Shown one piece after another: positions 1 to 8,837 of a stretch of 64,000 nt of DNA. A model generated the notes under the pieces. The model did not search any database. It had not been told where the DNA came from and saw only the letters and a list, made by a program, of their open reading frames with translations. The stretch lies in assembly GCA_963731865.1 (NCBI GenBank), contig CAVSXG010000002.1:1898692-1962691 (forward strand), given 5' to 3'. Source of the DNA: an uncultured Chloroflexia bacterium (GTDB lineage: Bacteria > Chloroflexota > Limnocylindria > Limnocylindrales > CSP1-4). The position numbers and the translations under genes are program-made. Position 1 is the stretch's first letter. The number at the start of each line of letters is the position of its first letter.

Positions 1-205
1 CCTTGATCCCGCTCGCCTCGAGCACGCGATCGTCAGGTGTCGGTGCGTCTTCGAGCATCATCCCGTAGCGGAACCCTGAGCAACCGCCGGAATAGACGTA
101 GACACGCAGCCCGATCTGTGGATTCGTCTCCTCTTTCGTCAGCTCCTGGAGCTTGACGACCGCGGCGTCGGTGAGGGAGACGACCGTCGGCTGCTGGTCG
201 ATCAT
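1..205 (-). CDS. Fe-S cluster insertion/assembly protein, HesB/IscA/ErpA family. Partial: the C-terminus lies beyond the window start.
   Basis: Not in the ORF track because there is no stop in the window. Reverse translation from the ATG at 203-205 gives MIDQQPTVVSLTDAAVVKLQELTKEETNPQIGLRVYVYSGGCSGFRYGMMLEDAPTPDDRVLEASGIK, with the family's GGCSGF core. GGAGGA lies about 9 nt upstream. Confidence 0.8.
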   Translation of the reverse strand, partial: MIDQQPTVVSLTDAAVVKLQELTKEETNPQIGLRVYVYSGGCSGFRYGMMLEDAPTPDDRVLEASGIK

Positions 206-684
206 CAGGCCTGATCCTCCGGAACGATGCTTTGCTGGGTCGGTACCGGTCCGCCGGTTGGCCCCATCGTACGCAAGGCAACGGGTTTCGACAAGCACCC
301 GCGCCGAAAACCGGTGCGCGGGCTCGCGCCCGGAAGAGGGTGGGGTTCGCGGCGGAGACCGTGGGTCACGTGCTGTGACATAGGCTTGGTGGGTGCGCGT
401 CCCCTCCGAGCCGAAGCGCGATTGCGTCGAAGCCGGCCGACGAGGCGTGCCGCATGGCGACTAGTGCGTCGCTGACTTCCCGAACGGGCGGCCCCGGGGG
501 ATAGGAACCAACAATCCGGACGAGCCGTTCATTTGCCTCGCCGAGAACAGCGCGAACCGAGCCAAGCTGATTGATGAGGCCGGTCGCGGTCCGATCCTCG
601 GCGAACACATCGCCGTCAGCCAGGCTACCGTCGCCCGTACCGTCGTGGCGCTCGCGGCTGCCGTTACCACCGCTGAAATCCCTC

Positions 685-1446
685 CTAGGCAGGCATTAGC
701 GTGGTTGACCTTTTCCGGCGCGCCTCCCTGGACGCGTGTACCGCCTGTTCGAGACGCTCCGCCGCGTAGTCGGAGGACGGCATGTGCGCGATCTCGTCGG
801 CAATGCCACGGGCTGCTTCGCGGAAGGCCGGCTCCTCGAGGAGTCGCCGGGTTCCCTGGCGGATAACCAATGGGTCCGGCGGTGTGAATGGTGGAGGCCC
901 GGCCTGCGGTGGCCCTGGAAGCTCCGCTTGGAGCACGCCCAGCCCGGCTCCGGCCGTGATGCACCGCTCCGTGTTGTAGGGCTGATCCGCGCCCATCGGG
1001 AGCAGGAATAGCGGCAGTCCCGCGGCGAGCGCGGCCGATACGGTTCCGTACCCGCCATGGCTCACGACGACACTCGCGCGCTCGAGGATCCTCGCTTGGG
1101 GCAGAAAGCCGCCTACTCGAATATTGCCGGCGACCTCGCCGAGGGCGTCACGCGGGATTCCATGGCCGAGCGCGATGACCACGTCGAACGGCTGGTCCGC
1201 CAGGGCATCGGCGATCAATCGGAAGAGCGGCACGTTTCCGTTGAAGACGGTGCCCAGGGTCACGTAGACGAGGGGGCGCCCGCCCAGATCGTCGAACCAT
1301 TCGGGCAGCTCGCCACCGACGTCAATGCCCTCGGGCTGGATGTTGATCTCATTCACCGGGGCGACGTAGCCGGGCATTTCGAGGCTGGGCGGGGTTCGAT
1401 CGATTTTGAGGATCTCGAAGTCGTCGGAAGTCACCCGTTCATGCAC
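685..1446 (-). pseudogene. GT1-family (MGT/UDP-glycosyltransferase-like) glycosyltransferase with the C-terminal donor-binding domain only; N-terminally truncated.
   Basis: The 253-aa ORF contains VYVTLGTVFNG ... SHGGYGTVSAALAAGLPLFLLPMGADQPYN, the GT1 nucleotide-sugar motif. Only about 225 bp separate it from the next gene upstream, so there is no room for the roughly 150-200 aa acceptor domain. Confidence 0.6.
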
Positions 1447-1672
1447 AGCGCATTAGCAGGTTCGCCACGGCGCGACGAACGGCGATCTGGGCCGTTGCCT
1501 CCACGCACCATTTGCGACGGCGCTGATATGGACCGGCGGATTACCCGATTGATACGGTCCGCGGCAACTGGAGCGGTATGTAGAAGTGACTCTTGCAAGA
1601 GAGTCGCCGGGCTCATACGGCTCCAGTTTCCATGTCTGGGCCCGCATTGACGGGTCGACGGATGGCCGTTCC

Positions 1673-1924
1673 CTAGTCGTTGCAGGTGTTCGGGAAACCC
1701 TCGTCTGGGAACTCGCCGGCCAAGATCAGCTGAACCTCCTCGCCCACACCTCGGATGTCCTGGGCCACCGAGGCAACGAGCTGACCGTAGTCCCGGCCCA
1801 ACTGGGCAGCCCCGCTGATCGTAGACCCGAGACACGCCTGGCCGGCTGGTTGGGCACCGAGCACCGGACCGGCTAGGGCAATGGAAAGGGCGATCCCAGC
1901 CACCAAACCGACACGCTTCTTCAT
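1673..1924 (-). CDS. Small secreted protein, family unknown.
   Basis: 83-aa ORF with a signal-peptide-like N-terminus (MKKRVGLVAGIALSIALAGPVLGA). GAGGAGAA RBS upstream. Confidence 0.5.
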   Translation of the reverse strand: MKKRVGLVAGIALSIALAGPVLGAQPAGQACLGSTISGAAQLGRDYGQLVASVAQDIRGVGEEVQLILAGEFPDEGFPNTCND

Positions 1925-2158
1925 CGCGCGTTCTCCTCGCCCCAGCGATGCGGATCAGGAAGATAGGCCGTTTGCGGCGCCGGGAGAAGAGGGTGAACGG
2001 GAGAGACGATCACGGGGCAATCGGCTCCGTCGCCCACCGACGCATCCAAGCTTCCATCGCACCCGAAGCGAACGCTGTCGCTGACTCAGTGCGCTTGCCG
2101 TGAGCGCGAGGCTTGGCGGTTTGACCAGCGGTGAGTCGGGCATCGAGCGTCCGGTCGC

Positions 2159-2596
2159 CTAACGGAGGCGGCGCCACCCGGCCAGGACCAAGGTGGCCCG
2201 AATTGGCGCGACAACGAGCAGGAACGGCAGCACAAAGACCGCACCGAGACCAAGTGAGACTGGTGCCATCGCCAACGCGAGCCGTGCTCCGCGACGGCGA
2301 CCCTGCCGGAGCCAGATGGCCGTGAGCACATCGAGCAGAGACACCCCGACGAGCGTCACGGCCAGCCCCCAGCCAAGCGACGTCAGCTGATCTGTGCCGA
2401 TCTGCTCGTACGGACCACCCATCAGACGCCAGCCAAAGGGCGTCATCGGTAACTCCCCACGGCGCGCTGCGTATGCGAGTACAAGCGGCACGGAGATCGC
2501 GAACCCAAGGCCGGGCACCGCATAGAGGACCGAAGCGGCCGTCACACTCGTGGAGGGTCGAAGGGGATTGATCACTAGGTCGTTATCGAGCGTCAT
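2159..2596 (-). CDS. Small integral membrane protein, family unknown.
   Basis: Hydrophobic ORF with about 4 TM-like segments. I moved the start to the ATG at 2596 (MTLDNDLV...), which overlaps the stop of the upstream SRPBCC gene. Confidence 0.5.
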   Translation of the reverse strand: MTLDNDLVINPLRPSTSVTAASVLYAVPGLGFAISVPLVLAYAARRGELPMTPFGWRLMGGPYEQIGTDQLTSLGWGLAVTLVGVSLLDVLTAIWLRQGRRRGARLALAMAPVSLGLGAVFVLPFLLVVAPIRATLVLAGWRRLR

Positions 2597-3059
2597 CGGC
2601 CATGGCGATCTGTAGCTGCACAACAACGCGACTCTCCAGCAGGTTCTTTAGCGTGACGAGGTTGGACCTGACCTCTCGGCGCAGGCTCCTGGCGATGAGT
2701 GGCTCCGCGAGTCGTACAAAGCCCTTGGCGTCCATTTCGATCCTTGAGGTCAGCCTGGTGCGCCCGGCGCTGGACTCGAAGCGGTACGTGGCCTCGAAGG
2801 ACGCGGGTCCCGAGGTGCTCCGGAACGAGATCTGCTTGCCGACCTCGTAGGCGAAATACTCGTTGCTCGCTTCCATCCTCCGTCCCATGAATGTCCGGAC
2901 GATCGTGTGCTTTGTGCCGACGCCGATAGGACCGTCCGTCAGTCGCTTGACCTCGAGCAGCCCGGCTTGCCAGCCCGGCGCATTCGTCTGATCTGCCACG
3001 TAGGCGAACACTTCCTCTACCGGACGATCGATGACGATGGTCTCTTCGGTGTTGATCAT
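2583..3059 (-). CDS. SRPBCC (START/polyketide-cyclase-like) family protein.
   Basis: MINTEETIVIDRPVEEVFAYVADQTNAPGWQAG... is a typical SRPBCC N-terminus and length. GAGGAG lies 9 nt before the ATG at 3059. The longer ORF starting at 3098 uses TTG. Confidence 0.75.
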   Translation of the reverse strand: MINTEETIVIDRPVEEVFAYVADQTNAPGWQAGLLEVKRLTDGPIGVGTKHTIVRTFMGRRMEASNEYFAYEVGKQISFRSTSGPASFEATYRFESSAGRTRLTSRIEMDAKGFVRLAEPLIARSLRREVRSNLVTLKNLLESRVVVQLQIAMADDAR

Positions 3060-3098
3060 CTCAAACGCTCCTCGAACTCTCGCGCGCATCTGACTCAA

Positions 3099-3121
3099 TC
3101 ACTAGTGACTCTCACTAGTGA
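3099..3121. promoter_or_regulatory. Two copies of the perfect 10-bp palindrome TCACTAGTGA (3099-3108 and 3112-3121) in a divergent intergenic region. Candidate TetR operator.
   Basis: Read directly as TCACTAGTGActcTCACTAGTGA. It sits between the divergent SRPBCC gene (-) and the TetR gene (+, ATG 3149). Confidence 0.5.
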
Positions 3122-3148
3122 CGTACTATGGCATAGTGGGAAGCGCAA

Positions 3149-3802
3149 ATGACCGTTGTCAAGGCTCTCGGTTCGACCAAGCCAACCCGACGTGACCGTG
3201 CGCGGGCGACCCGGCTACGGATCACCAGAGCGGCCTACCACCTCTTCTGCGAGCGCGGATACACCGCGACCACGATGGCGGAGATCGCCGAGTCAGCCGG
3301 CGTCGCGGTACAGACGGTGTACTTCGCGTTCCATACCAAGAGCGAGCTGCTCAGTCGCACCTACGACTTCGCGGTAATGGGCGAGGGCGAGCCGCTCGCT
3401 CCGGAGCAGCAGCCCTGGTTCCGGGCAATGCAAGAGGAGCCCGACGTCGTGTCCGCGCTCCGGCACGTGGCCACCGGCGTCGGTGAGATTACGCGACGGG
3501 TAACTCCGCTCTACGTGGTCGCACGGGCTGGTGCCGAGGGAGACGCTGAAACGGCTCGAGTGATGGCCTTCCATGAGGACTGGCGCGCCCAGGGCTATCG
3601 GCAGATGCTCGACTTGTTGCGCGAGAAGGCGCCGCTGCGGAGAGATCTCACCCCCGAGCGCGCGACGCAACTCCTATTGCTCTATGTCGGAATGGATGTC
3701 TACAACGTCCTCGTCAGCGTCTATGGATGGACGCACGATGAGTGGGTGGATTGGACGGTCACCACCCTGGCCGAGCAACTGTTCGACCTTGACGCCACAT
3801 AA
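3149..3802 (+). CDS. TetR/AcrR family transcriptional regulator.
   Basis: N-terminal HTH RARATRLRITRAAYHLFCERGYTATTMAEIAESAGVAVQTVYFAFHTKSELL. 217 aa. Confidence 0.85.
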   Translation: MTVVKALGSTKPTRRDRARATRLRITRAAYHLFCERGYTATTMAEIAESAGVAVQTVYFAFHTKSELLSRTYDFAVMGEGEPLAPEQQPWFRAMQEEPDVVSALRHVATGVGEITRRVTPLYVVARAGAEGDAETARVMAFHEDWRAQGYRQMLDLLREKAPLRRDLTPERATQLLLLYVGMDVYNVLVSVYGWTHDEWVDWTVTTLAEQLFDLDAT

Positions 3803-3995
3803 GCCGCGGCAAGCGCCGCCAGACACAATCAAGTTGGCCCTCCGAGCCGGTCTCATTGTCTCGTCGGTTACATAAGCAATGGCCATTCGGTCTCGTATGT
3901 CGTTGTGCATCGGCCGGAGGCAGAGCCCACGCCGACGCCATGAGCTCGGGGCCGTTTATGCGATTCCGCCGGTGACAGTGGGATGCTTAGCGCAC

Positions 3996-4028
3996 CGGCG
4001 GTCCCGCCGGGCTAAGTCGGGGCCGCCG
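3996..4028. terminator. GC-rich hairpin between convergent genes. Possible bidirectional terminator.
   Basis: CGGCGGTCCCG (3996-4006), an 11-nt loop, then CGGGGCCGCCG (4018-4028). This gives an 11-bp stem with one G-U pair and no U-tract. Confidence 0.3.
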
Positions 4029-4235
4029 TCCCGCCAAGCACTCAAGCCAACGAAATCAACCGGCCCCGTCTCGGTCCTCCCACCCAGCGGGGCCATCCCA
4101 TGTCCGGGCCGGTATCTTCAACCGTCTTCGCGATCTCGGGCTTCGTCCACGGCCAGGAGTCACCCCTACTGCTCGTCCTCCCTTACACCAGCGGAATCCG
4201 GGCGAGCGCCGCCGCTTCCTCTCCGGGGCCTCGGG

Positions 4236-4523
4236 TCAGGGCGTGAAGACGAGCGTGTCGATCACCGATTGGGCGACGTCGTACCAGTCAGCCGAACGTG
4301 TGATCGAAGTCGGAAGACGGCAGGCCTGTGCAGGTCCCTGGTGGCACGACTGCCGTAACGATAGTGATGTCGTCGGTGGTGCCCTCGACGAAGCCGGCCA
4401 TGGAGCCGCCCGGTGGGAGCGCCCGCCGCCGGCGCACGCACCGATGACTCCGATGCTGACTGCGCATAGGAGCAGCCTTAGACGTGGAGACGTGTTCACT
4501 GTGACTCTCCTCGGCGAGGCCAC
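4236..4523 (-). CDS. Putative small lipoprotein. The internal reading frame is probably disturbed by indels.
   Basis: N-terminus ...RLRLLLCAVSIGVIGACAGGG is lipobox-like. The middle of the ORF reads better in another frame (MAGFVEGTTDDITIVTAVVPPGTCTGLPSSDFDHTFG) before returning to ...SADWYDVAQSVIDTLVFTP*. Confidence 0.35.
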   Translation of the reverse strand: MASPRRVTVNTSPRLRLLLCAVSIGVIGACAGGGRSHRAAPWPASSRAPPTTSLSLRQSCHQGPAQACRLPTSITRSADWYDVAQSVIDTLVFTP

Positions 4524-4726
4524 CGCTGCGCGGGCGTTAGGTACGACTTAGCGCGGGTCGACCGCGAGGCTTCGCGTTCATACCAGCTGCGGTCCTTGAC
4601 CTTCTTCCAGCGCGAATCCCAATGGTCAAACCAGGCCGGCAGAAGATACAGACCGCTGGTGATCGCAACAATGGGACCGGCGCCGAGGGCCGGTGCGATT
4701 GTGTCAGGCGGGTTGGTATCTGCGGC

Positions 4727-4905
4727 TCAAGCCGCCGGCTCGGCCTCCGGGGTTGTCTCTGTCAGCCGTCGCATTTCCTCGCGGAGCGCCGCCGCCTCGA
4801 CTGGAGTAGCTCCGCCTCGGGCGTCCCGTCTTGGGCTTCCTCAAGTTGCCGCTCGACGTCGCGCCAACGCGCGAGAACGCCTGCCGTCTGCATGTAGTTG
4901 GCCAT
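4727..4905 (-). pseudogene. Small coiled-coil protein, paralog of the 7871..8074 gene; frameshifted copy.
   Basis: ATG at 4905 after a GAGGGAG RBS gives MANYMQTAGVLARWRDVERQLEEAQDGTPEAELLQ. A 1-nt frame slip near 4805 follows. The other frame continues EAAALREEMRRLTETTPEAEPAA* and matches the intact + strand paralog. Confidence 0.45.
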
Positions 4906-5000
4906 CTTCGTCTCCCTCGAAACAAATGGCTCAATACAACGACAATTCGTTCCCCACTGTGGCGTTGCCGACGCCTATGTATCAAAACTCGCGGAGCCCG

Positions 5001-5252
5001 TCAACGATCCGGTTCGACCTCTTCCGTGCTCACGCCTTGGCGACGCTCTATCCGATCGCCCGCGGCCTGTTCGTCGTGGGCCACCCTGAAGATCTCAGTG
5101 CTAACGTCGGCCACGGCGTCAGCCGCGTCATGGAACGCCGGTGTCGAGACCTCGAGATGGCGCTTGCGCTTCTCCAGGTCCTTCAACAGGTTCATCTTTT
5201 CGAGCAGGTCGTCCGAGTCATTTCGCACGCGCCGCAGTTCTCGCTCAGCCAT
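5001..5252 (-). CDS. Small helical protein (83 aa), paralog of the 7578..7781 gene.
   Basis: MAERELRRVRNDSDDLLEKMNLLKDLEKRKRHLEVSTPAFHDAADAVADVSTEIFRVAHDEQAAGDRIERRQGVSTEEVEPDR. The C-terminal roughly 55 aa are clearly homologous to the + strand copy. Confidence 0.55.
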   Translation of the reverse strand: MAERELRRVRNDSDDLLEKMNLLKDLEKRKRHLEVSTPAFHDAADAVADVSTEIFRVAHDEQAAGDRIERRQGVSTEEVEPDR

Positions 5253-5451
5253 GTCGCGCTCCTTCGAGGGCCTGACCCCGGGCCGGCAATGGTGCGGCAG
5301 ATTGAGAGCGCCGAAGCTTGCAGCTTTTGTACCGCGATTGCATTCACCTTGAAGCCTGACTACCTGCGGGACGTGCTCCGCGTTGGGCCGCCATCGTCGA
5401 GGCGGTCGCATGGCCATGCCCTTGAACGGCCACGGCCGATGGCCGTGGCGG

Positions 5452-5661
5452 TTATCGGTCCAGACCGGCTTCGCGTATAGGGTCGTCATCGGCGGTCGGG
5501 CCTTCGCGGTGGCCGCTCGGCTCGGGCGCGCTCGTCGGCCCGACCTGGGTCGCGTGCCCGGCGACGCGCTCGTCGCCCGACTGGACGCCCCCGGGGATCG
5601 ACTCCTCCTCGAGCTCTGGTTTGTTGCCGATGTAGGCCCCTGGGTCAAGCGGCTCGGTCAT
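5452..5661 (-). CDS. Small acidic protein (69 aa), unknown function.
   Basis: MTEPLDPGAYIGNKPELEEESIPGG... The start ATG 5661-5659 forms an ATGA overlap with the (frame-corrected) stop of the upstream helical-bundle gene. Confidence 0.4.
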   Translation of the reverse strand: MTEPLDPGAYIGNKPELEEESIPGGVQSGDERVAGHATQVGPTSAPEPSGHREGPTADDDPIREAGLDR

Positions 5662-6156
5662 GCGGCCATCGCGATCTTCGCCGCGTAGGCCGCGAGCTCG
5701 TCCGCGAGCGACCTTGCAGCTGGCCTTCTGTGCCTTTTGGAACTCGGTCGCCGCGGTGCGCAGCTCCTTGTCTTTGGTCGCTCGTGCGATCTCGAGCATC
5801 CCGCCGGCCGAGTCCATCTGCTTGCGCTTGATGTTCAGCAGCACCGCGTGTGCCTCGTAGAAGTCACTGTCGGCGCCCTCGTTGGTGGCTGTCTCGAGCG
5901 TCTCTTCCATCAGCTCCTTGAGCCCGCTGGCAACATCCTCGATCTTGCCGGTAGCGCCATGCGGCTTGCCGAGCGCCTTGAGCTGGGTCAGGAACACCTT
6001 GTCCTGGGTGAGGGCCGTTTTGATCGCAGTCTTGGCGGATGCTTGAGGATGCCTGGTGGACAGCGTGGTCTCGGCGTCGACGATGCTCTGCTGCACCGCG
6101 ATGGCCTCGTCGTACTCGTGGGTGATGAACGCTTCACCAGTCTTGGCTTCGCCCAT
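5658..6156 (-). CDS. All-helical (ferritin-like or four-helix-bundle-like) hypothetical protein. One frameshift near 5720 as sequenced.
   Basis: GGGGGAGG RBS, then MGEAKTGEAFITHEYDEAIAVQQSIVDAE...EFQKAQKA. The plausible C-terminus AARSLADELAAYAAKIAMAA* is in the +1 frame and ends at 5658. The family call is tentative. Confidence 0.5.
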
Positions 6157-6496
6157 GGTGATGACCTCCCCCGTCATGCGGGATATGAAAATGGAGGGAC
6201 CCAGGCCGTGCTGTCGTGGCTCCTCGGGCCGGGGTCCCAGGTCGGGCGGTGGCCCAAGGACCGATCCGCTCGCCGGAGTCGGATGGTGCAGCCACGCCAT
6301 CATGGTCGGCGTTTCAGCGCCTGCAGGGACGTCACAGGGGCGTGACAGTGACGTCGTCCCTCACGCACGTGACGCTTCCGAGCACTTCCGCGGACGAGCC
6401 GTCACACGCTTGCAAGTCACCCGACCGAATGCGCAGTCGGCTTGGATGGACCTCGGCCATACGGTCCATCCGCCAAGCCCGCTTGAGGATCGCCCG

Positions 6497-7453
6497 ATGC
6501 CAACGACCGAGATCTCTGACTGGGGAGACGCTGTCTTCCTGGCCTTATCAAACGCCTTGAATACGTTCCTTGCGGCCATTCCGCAGGTGATCGGCGCTGT
6601 CCTGATCATCATCATCGGTTGGATCATCGCGGGCGTGTTGGCCCGCCTGACCACCGAGCTGCTTCGACGCGCGGGTGCGGATCGCCTGTTCGCGGAGCAC
6701 GGCGGCGAGGTCTACGGCGCGCAGAGCAAACGGGTCAAACCAAGCCTGGTCCTGGGTGAGCTCGTCAAGTGGCTCATTCGCATCGTCTTCCTGGTCGCCG
6801 CCGCAAACGTGCTCGGGATGACCCAGGTCAGCGAGTTGCTGAACCAGATCCTTCTCTGGATCCCGAACCTGATCGTTGCCGCGGTGATCCTCCTACTCGC
6901 GCCCTTGCTCGGGCGGTTCGTCCGAGGGGCCATCGAGGTCGGCGCCGGTGAGATGGGGTTCACCAATGCGCCGCTGCTCGGGCGCATGGCAGAGATTGCG
7001 ATCACCGCGTTCGCCGTGATCATCGCGATCAACCAGATTGGGATCGCGGCCACCTTGGTCAACACCCTGTTCATCGGGTTGGTCGGTGCAATGGCCTTGG
7101 CGTTCGGCCTCGCGTTCGGGTTGGGAGGTCGCGACGTGGCGGCACAAATCACCCAGGACTGGTACGCCTCCTCAAAAGCCACCGTGGCACGCGTCCGGGG
7201 GGAGACGAGGAAAGTACACGTCCCGGTGCAGATCCGAATGCCACCTGAGCCAGTCTGGGCAATCACGGATTCCGAGACATACGAAAGGATCCGCGGCATG
7301 ACTGACGACATGCCCCTGAAGCCGGGATGGAATGGCGAGCCTGGGGCACCAAAAGATCCACCGCCTGAGAACGTGGTTGCGGATGAAGAGGGCAACCCAA
7401 GGTGGACCGATGGTCCCTATGGACCGGAATGGCTAACCGAGACTGAGTCGTGA
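6497..7453 (+). CDS. Membrane protein with 'conserved TM helix' type repeats (MscS-associated-like).
   Basis: Start refined to the ATG at 6497 (MPTTEISDWGDAVFLALSNALNTFLAAIPQVIGAVLIIIIGWIIAGVLARL...). Repeated helix-plus-amphipathic units are followed by a Pro/Glu-rich tail. The upstream 147 codons of the ORF-track entry are antisense to the neighbouring gene. Confidence 0.6.
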   Translation: MPTTEISDWGDAVFLALSNALNTFLAAIPQVIGAVLIIIIGWIIAGVLARLTTELLRRAGADRLFAEHGGEVYGAQSKRVKPSLVLGELVKWLIRIVFLVAAANVLGMTQVSELLNQILLWIPNLIVAAVILLLAPLLGRFVRGAIEVGAGEMGFTNAPLLGRMAEIAITAFAVIIAINQIGIAATLVNTLFIGLVGAMALAFGLAFGLGGRDVAAQITQDWYASSKATVARVRGETRKVHVPVQIRMPPEPVWAITDSETYERIRGMTDDMPLKPGWNGEPGAPKDPPPENVVADEEGNPRWTDGPYGPEWLTETES

Positions 7454-7577
7454 TGGGCGGCGTCCGTTAGGAGCAGGCGTCACCGATCGCAGCCGCCAGA
7501 CGCTCGGCCGTCTCCGGAGAATGCTCCGCGATCTGCACGATCACGTCCTTTGGAAGGTTGAGCAGAACGTCGCACGA

Positions 7578-7781
7578 ATGCGGCTGGCCCTGGTCGGGAA
7601 ACGCCGCGGCCGGCGCAAGCGCCACCTGGAGGTGTCAACGCCTGAGTTCCATGAGGCGACCGACGGGGTGGCCGAGGTAAGCAGTGACATCTTCAGACTT
7701 GCCCGCGACGAGCAGGCCGCCGGCGACCGGATCGAGCGCCGGCAACGAGTGACCACTGAAGATGTCGAAGCGGACCGTTGA
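7578..7781 (+). CDS. Small helical protein, paralog of 5001..5252. The N-terminus diverges and the start is uncertain.
   Basis: ...RKRHLEVSTPEFHEATDGVAEVSSDIFRLARDEQAAGDRIERRQRVTTEDVEADR aligns with the minus-strand copy. Homology begins at about 7608. Confidence 0.45.
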   Translation: MRLALVGKRRGRRKRHLEVSTPEFHEATDGVAEVSSDIFRLARDEQAAGDRIERRQRVTTEDVEADR

Positions 7782-7870
7782 CGAGTTCCGCGGGTCTTGC
7801 TATATAGGCGCGGCAACGCCAACGAAGGGGGACGAAACGTCAGTTTGTGGCCATTTGGTTCGAGGGAAGC

Positions 7871-8074
7871 ATGATGGCGAACTACATGCAGACGGCAGAC
7901 GTTCTGGCGCGTTGGCGAGACGTCGAGCGGCGGTTGGCGGACGTTCAAGACGGGACGCCTGAGGCGGAGGAACTCCAGGCTGAAGCGCTCACGCTTCGCG
8001 AGGAGATGCGACGGCTGACGGAGTCAAGCCCTGTGGTAGCGCCGGCTACGAGCGCCAGTCAAGCCCGCGCCTGA
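7871..8074 (+). CDS. Small coiled-coil protein, intact paralog of 4727..4905.
   Basis: GAGGGAAG RBS, then MMANYMQTADVLARWRDVERRLADVQDGTPEAEELQAEALTLREEMRRLTESSPVVAPATSASQARA. Confidence 0.55.
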   Translation: MMANYMQTADVLARWRDVERRLADVQDGTPEAEELQAEALTLREEMRRLTESSPVVAPATSASQARA

Positions 8075-8197
8075 CGCACCCAGCCGGCCCAGGATCCGCG
8101 CGTTCGCTCCATCGTGACAGCGAGACGAACGACGACCGGGGTCGTCGCCCACTTGGCGTTTCCGTGCCTCTCGTTGTTTCGCTTTGTGCGAAATCCC

Positions 8198-8410
8198 TCA
8201 GGCGCGTCCAAGCTCCTCGGCTAGCTCGCGTTCCGCGGCCGCTTTGTGGGCGATCCTCCGCACGAGCTCCTGGATCTCAATCGAGAGCCTATCGACCTCC
8301 GGGTCTGCAGGATCGAGGGCCAGCTTCCGGTCCTCTAGATGCGCCAGCTGTTGCGCGTCGTCCTGGATTGCTTCCGAGGTCGCCCGTAGGTCGCTCTCTG
8401 CATCCGGCAT
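8198..8410 (-). CDS. Small coiled-coil protein (70 aa), unknown function.
   Basis: MPDAESDLRATSEAIQDDAQQLAHLEDRKLALDPADPEVDRLSIEIQELVRRIAHKAAAERELAEELGRA. GAGGTAG RBS; 12 nt after the upstream gene. Confidence 0.45.
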   Translation of the reverse strand: MPDAESDLRATSEAIQDDAQQLAHLEDRKLALDPADPEVDRLSIEIQELVRRIAHKAAAERELAEELGRA

Positions 8411-8422
8411 GTCCTGGCTACC

Positions 8423-8638
8423 TCAGCTACCGGCGTTCGTCCAATGCCCATCCCGGTAGACATACCAGACTGTCGTTGGCTCACCAGTCAGGTCGCGGGA
8501 ATGGACGACGGCCTGAGGATAACGCACGCGTAGCCGCTCCCCGAACACCGTCAGGTCCATGCCTTCTTCGAGCTGCTGCTCAGCGAAGGCCGCGAACACG
8601 CGATCGGTAATCGGGTTTGTGACGAGGGTTGGTCGCAT
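8423..8638 (-). CDS. Small hypothetical protein (71 aa).
   Basis: The ORF has non-repetitive composition (…VWYVYRDGHWTNAGS) and GGAG upstream. It forms a two-gene unit with 8198..8410. Confidence 0.4.
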   Translation of the reverse strand: MRPTLVTNPITDRVFAAFAEQQLEEGMDLTVFGERLRVRYPQAVVHSRDLTGEPTTVWYVYRDGHWTNAGS

Positions 8639-8837
8639 CGTTCCGGCTCCGGCGCGCTGGATGATCTCATCCTCGCGACCGTGGCCTCGCCCCGAACGAA
8701 GCGGAACAGTCGATGCCCTTACAGGTGGCGTACACCATCGACGCCCGTTCGATGGCCTGACGGAGGCCGCTATTTCATGGCGTAGATCGACCCTAGTAGT
8801 CGTTCCGCGTTGTACGTGTCGGTCGACGATCGTGTGA

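Noticed and set aside
366-608. An 80-aa minus-strand ORF between the Fe-S protein gene and the truncated glycosyltransferase.
   Set aside because: It has only a GTG start, no recognisable family and several overlapping alternative-frame ORFs of equal quality. I cannot support it as a gene.
3879-4358. A 159-aa plus-strand ORF in the TetR/lipoprotein gap.
   Set aside because: It is Arg/Ser/Pro-rich and low-complexity, has no RBS, and overlaps the lipoprotein gene in antisense.
4727-8074. Whether the inverted duplication is a composite transposon or other mobile element.
   Set aside because: There is no transposase, integrase, terminal inverted repeats or target-site duplication. The repeated arms are ordinary small protein-coding genes with their spacer.
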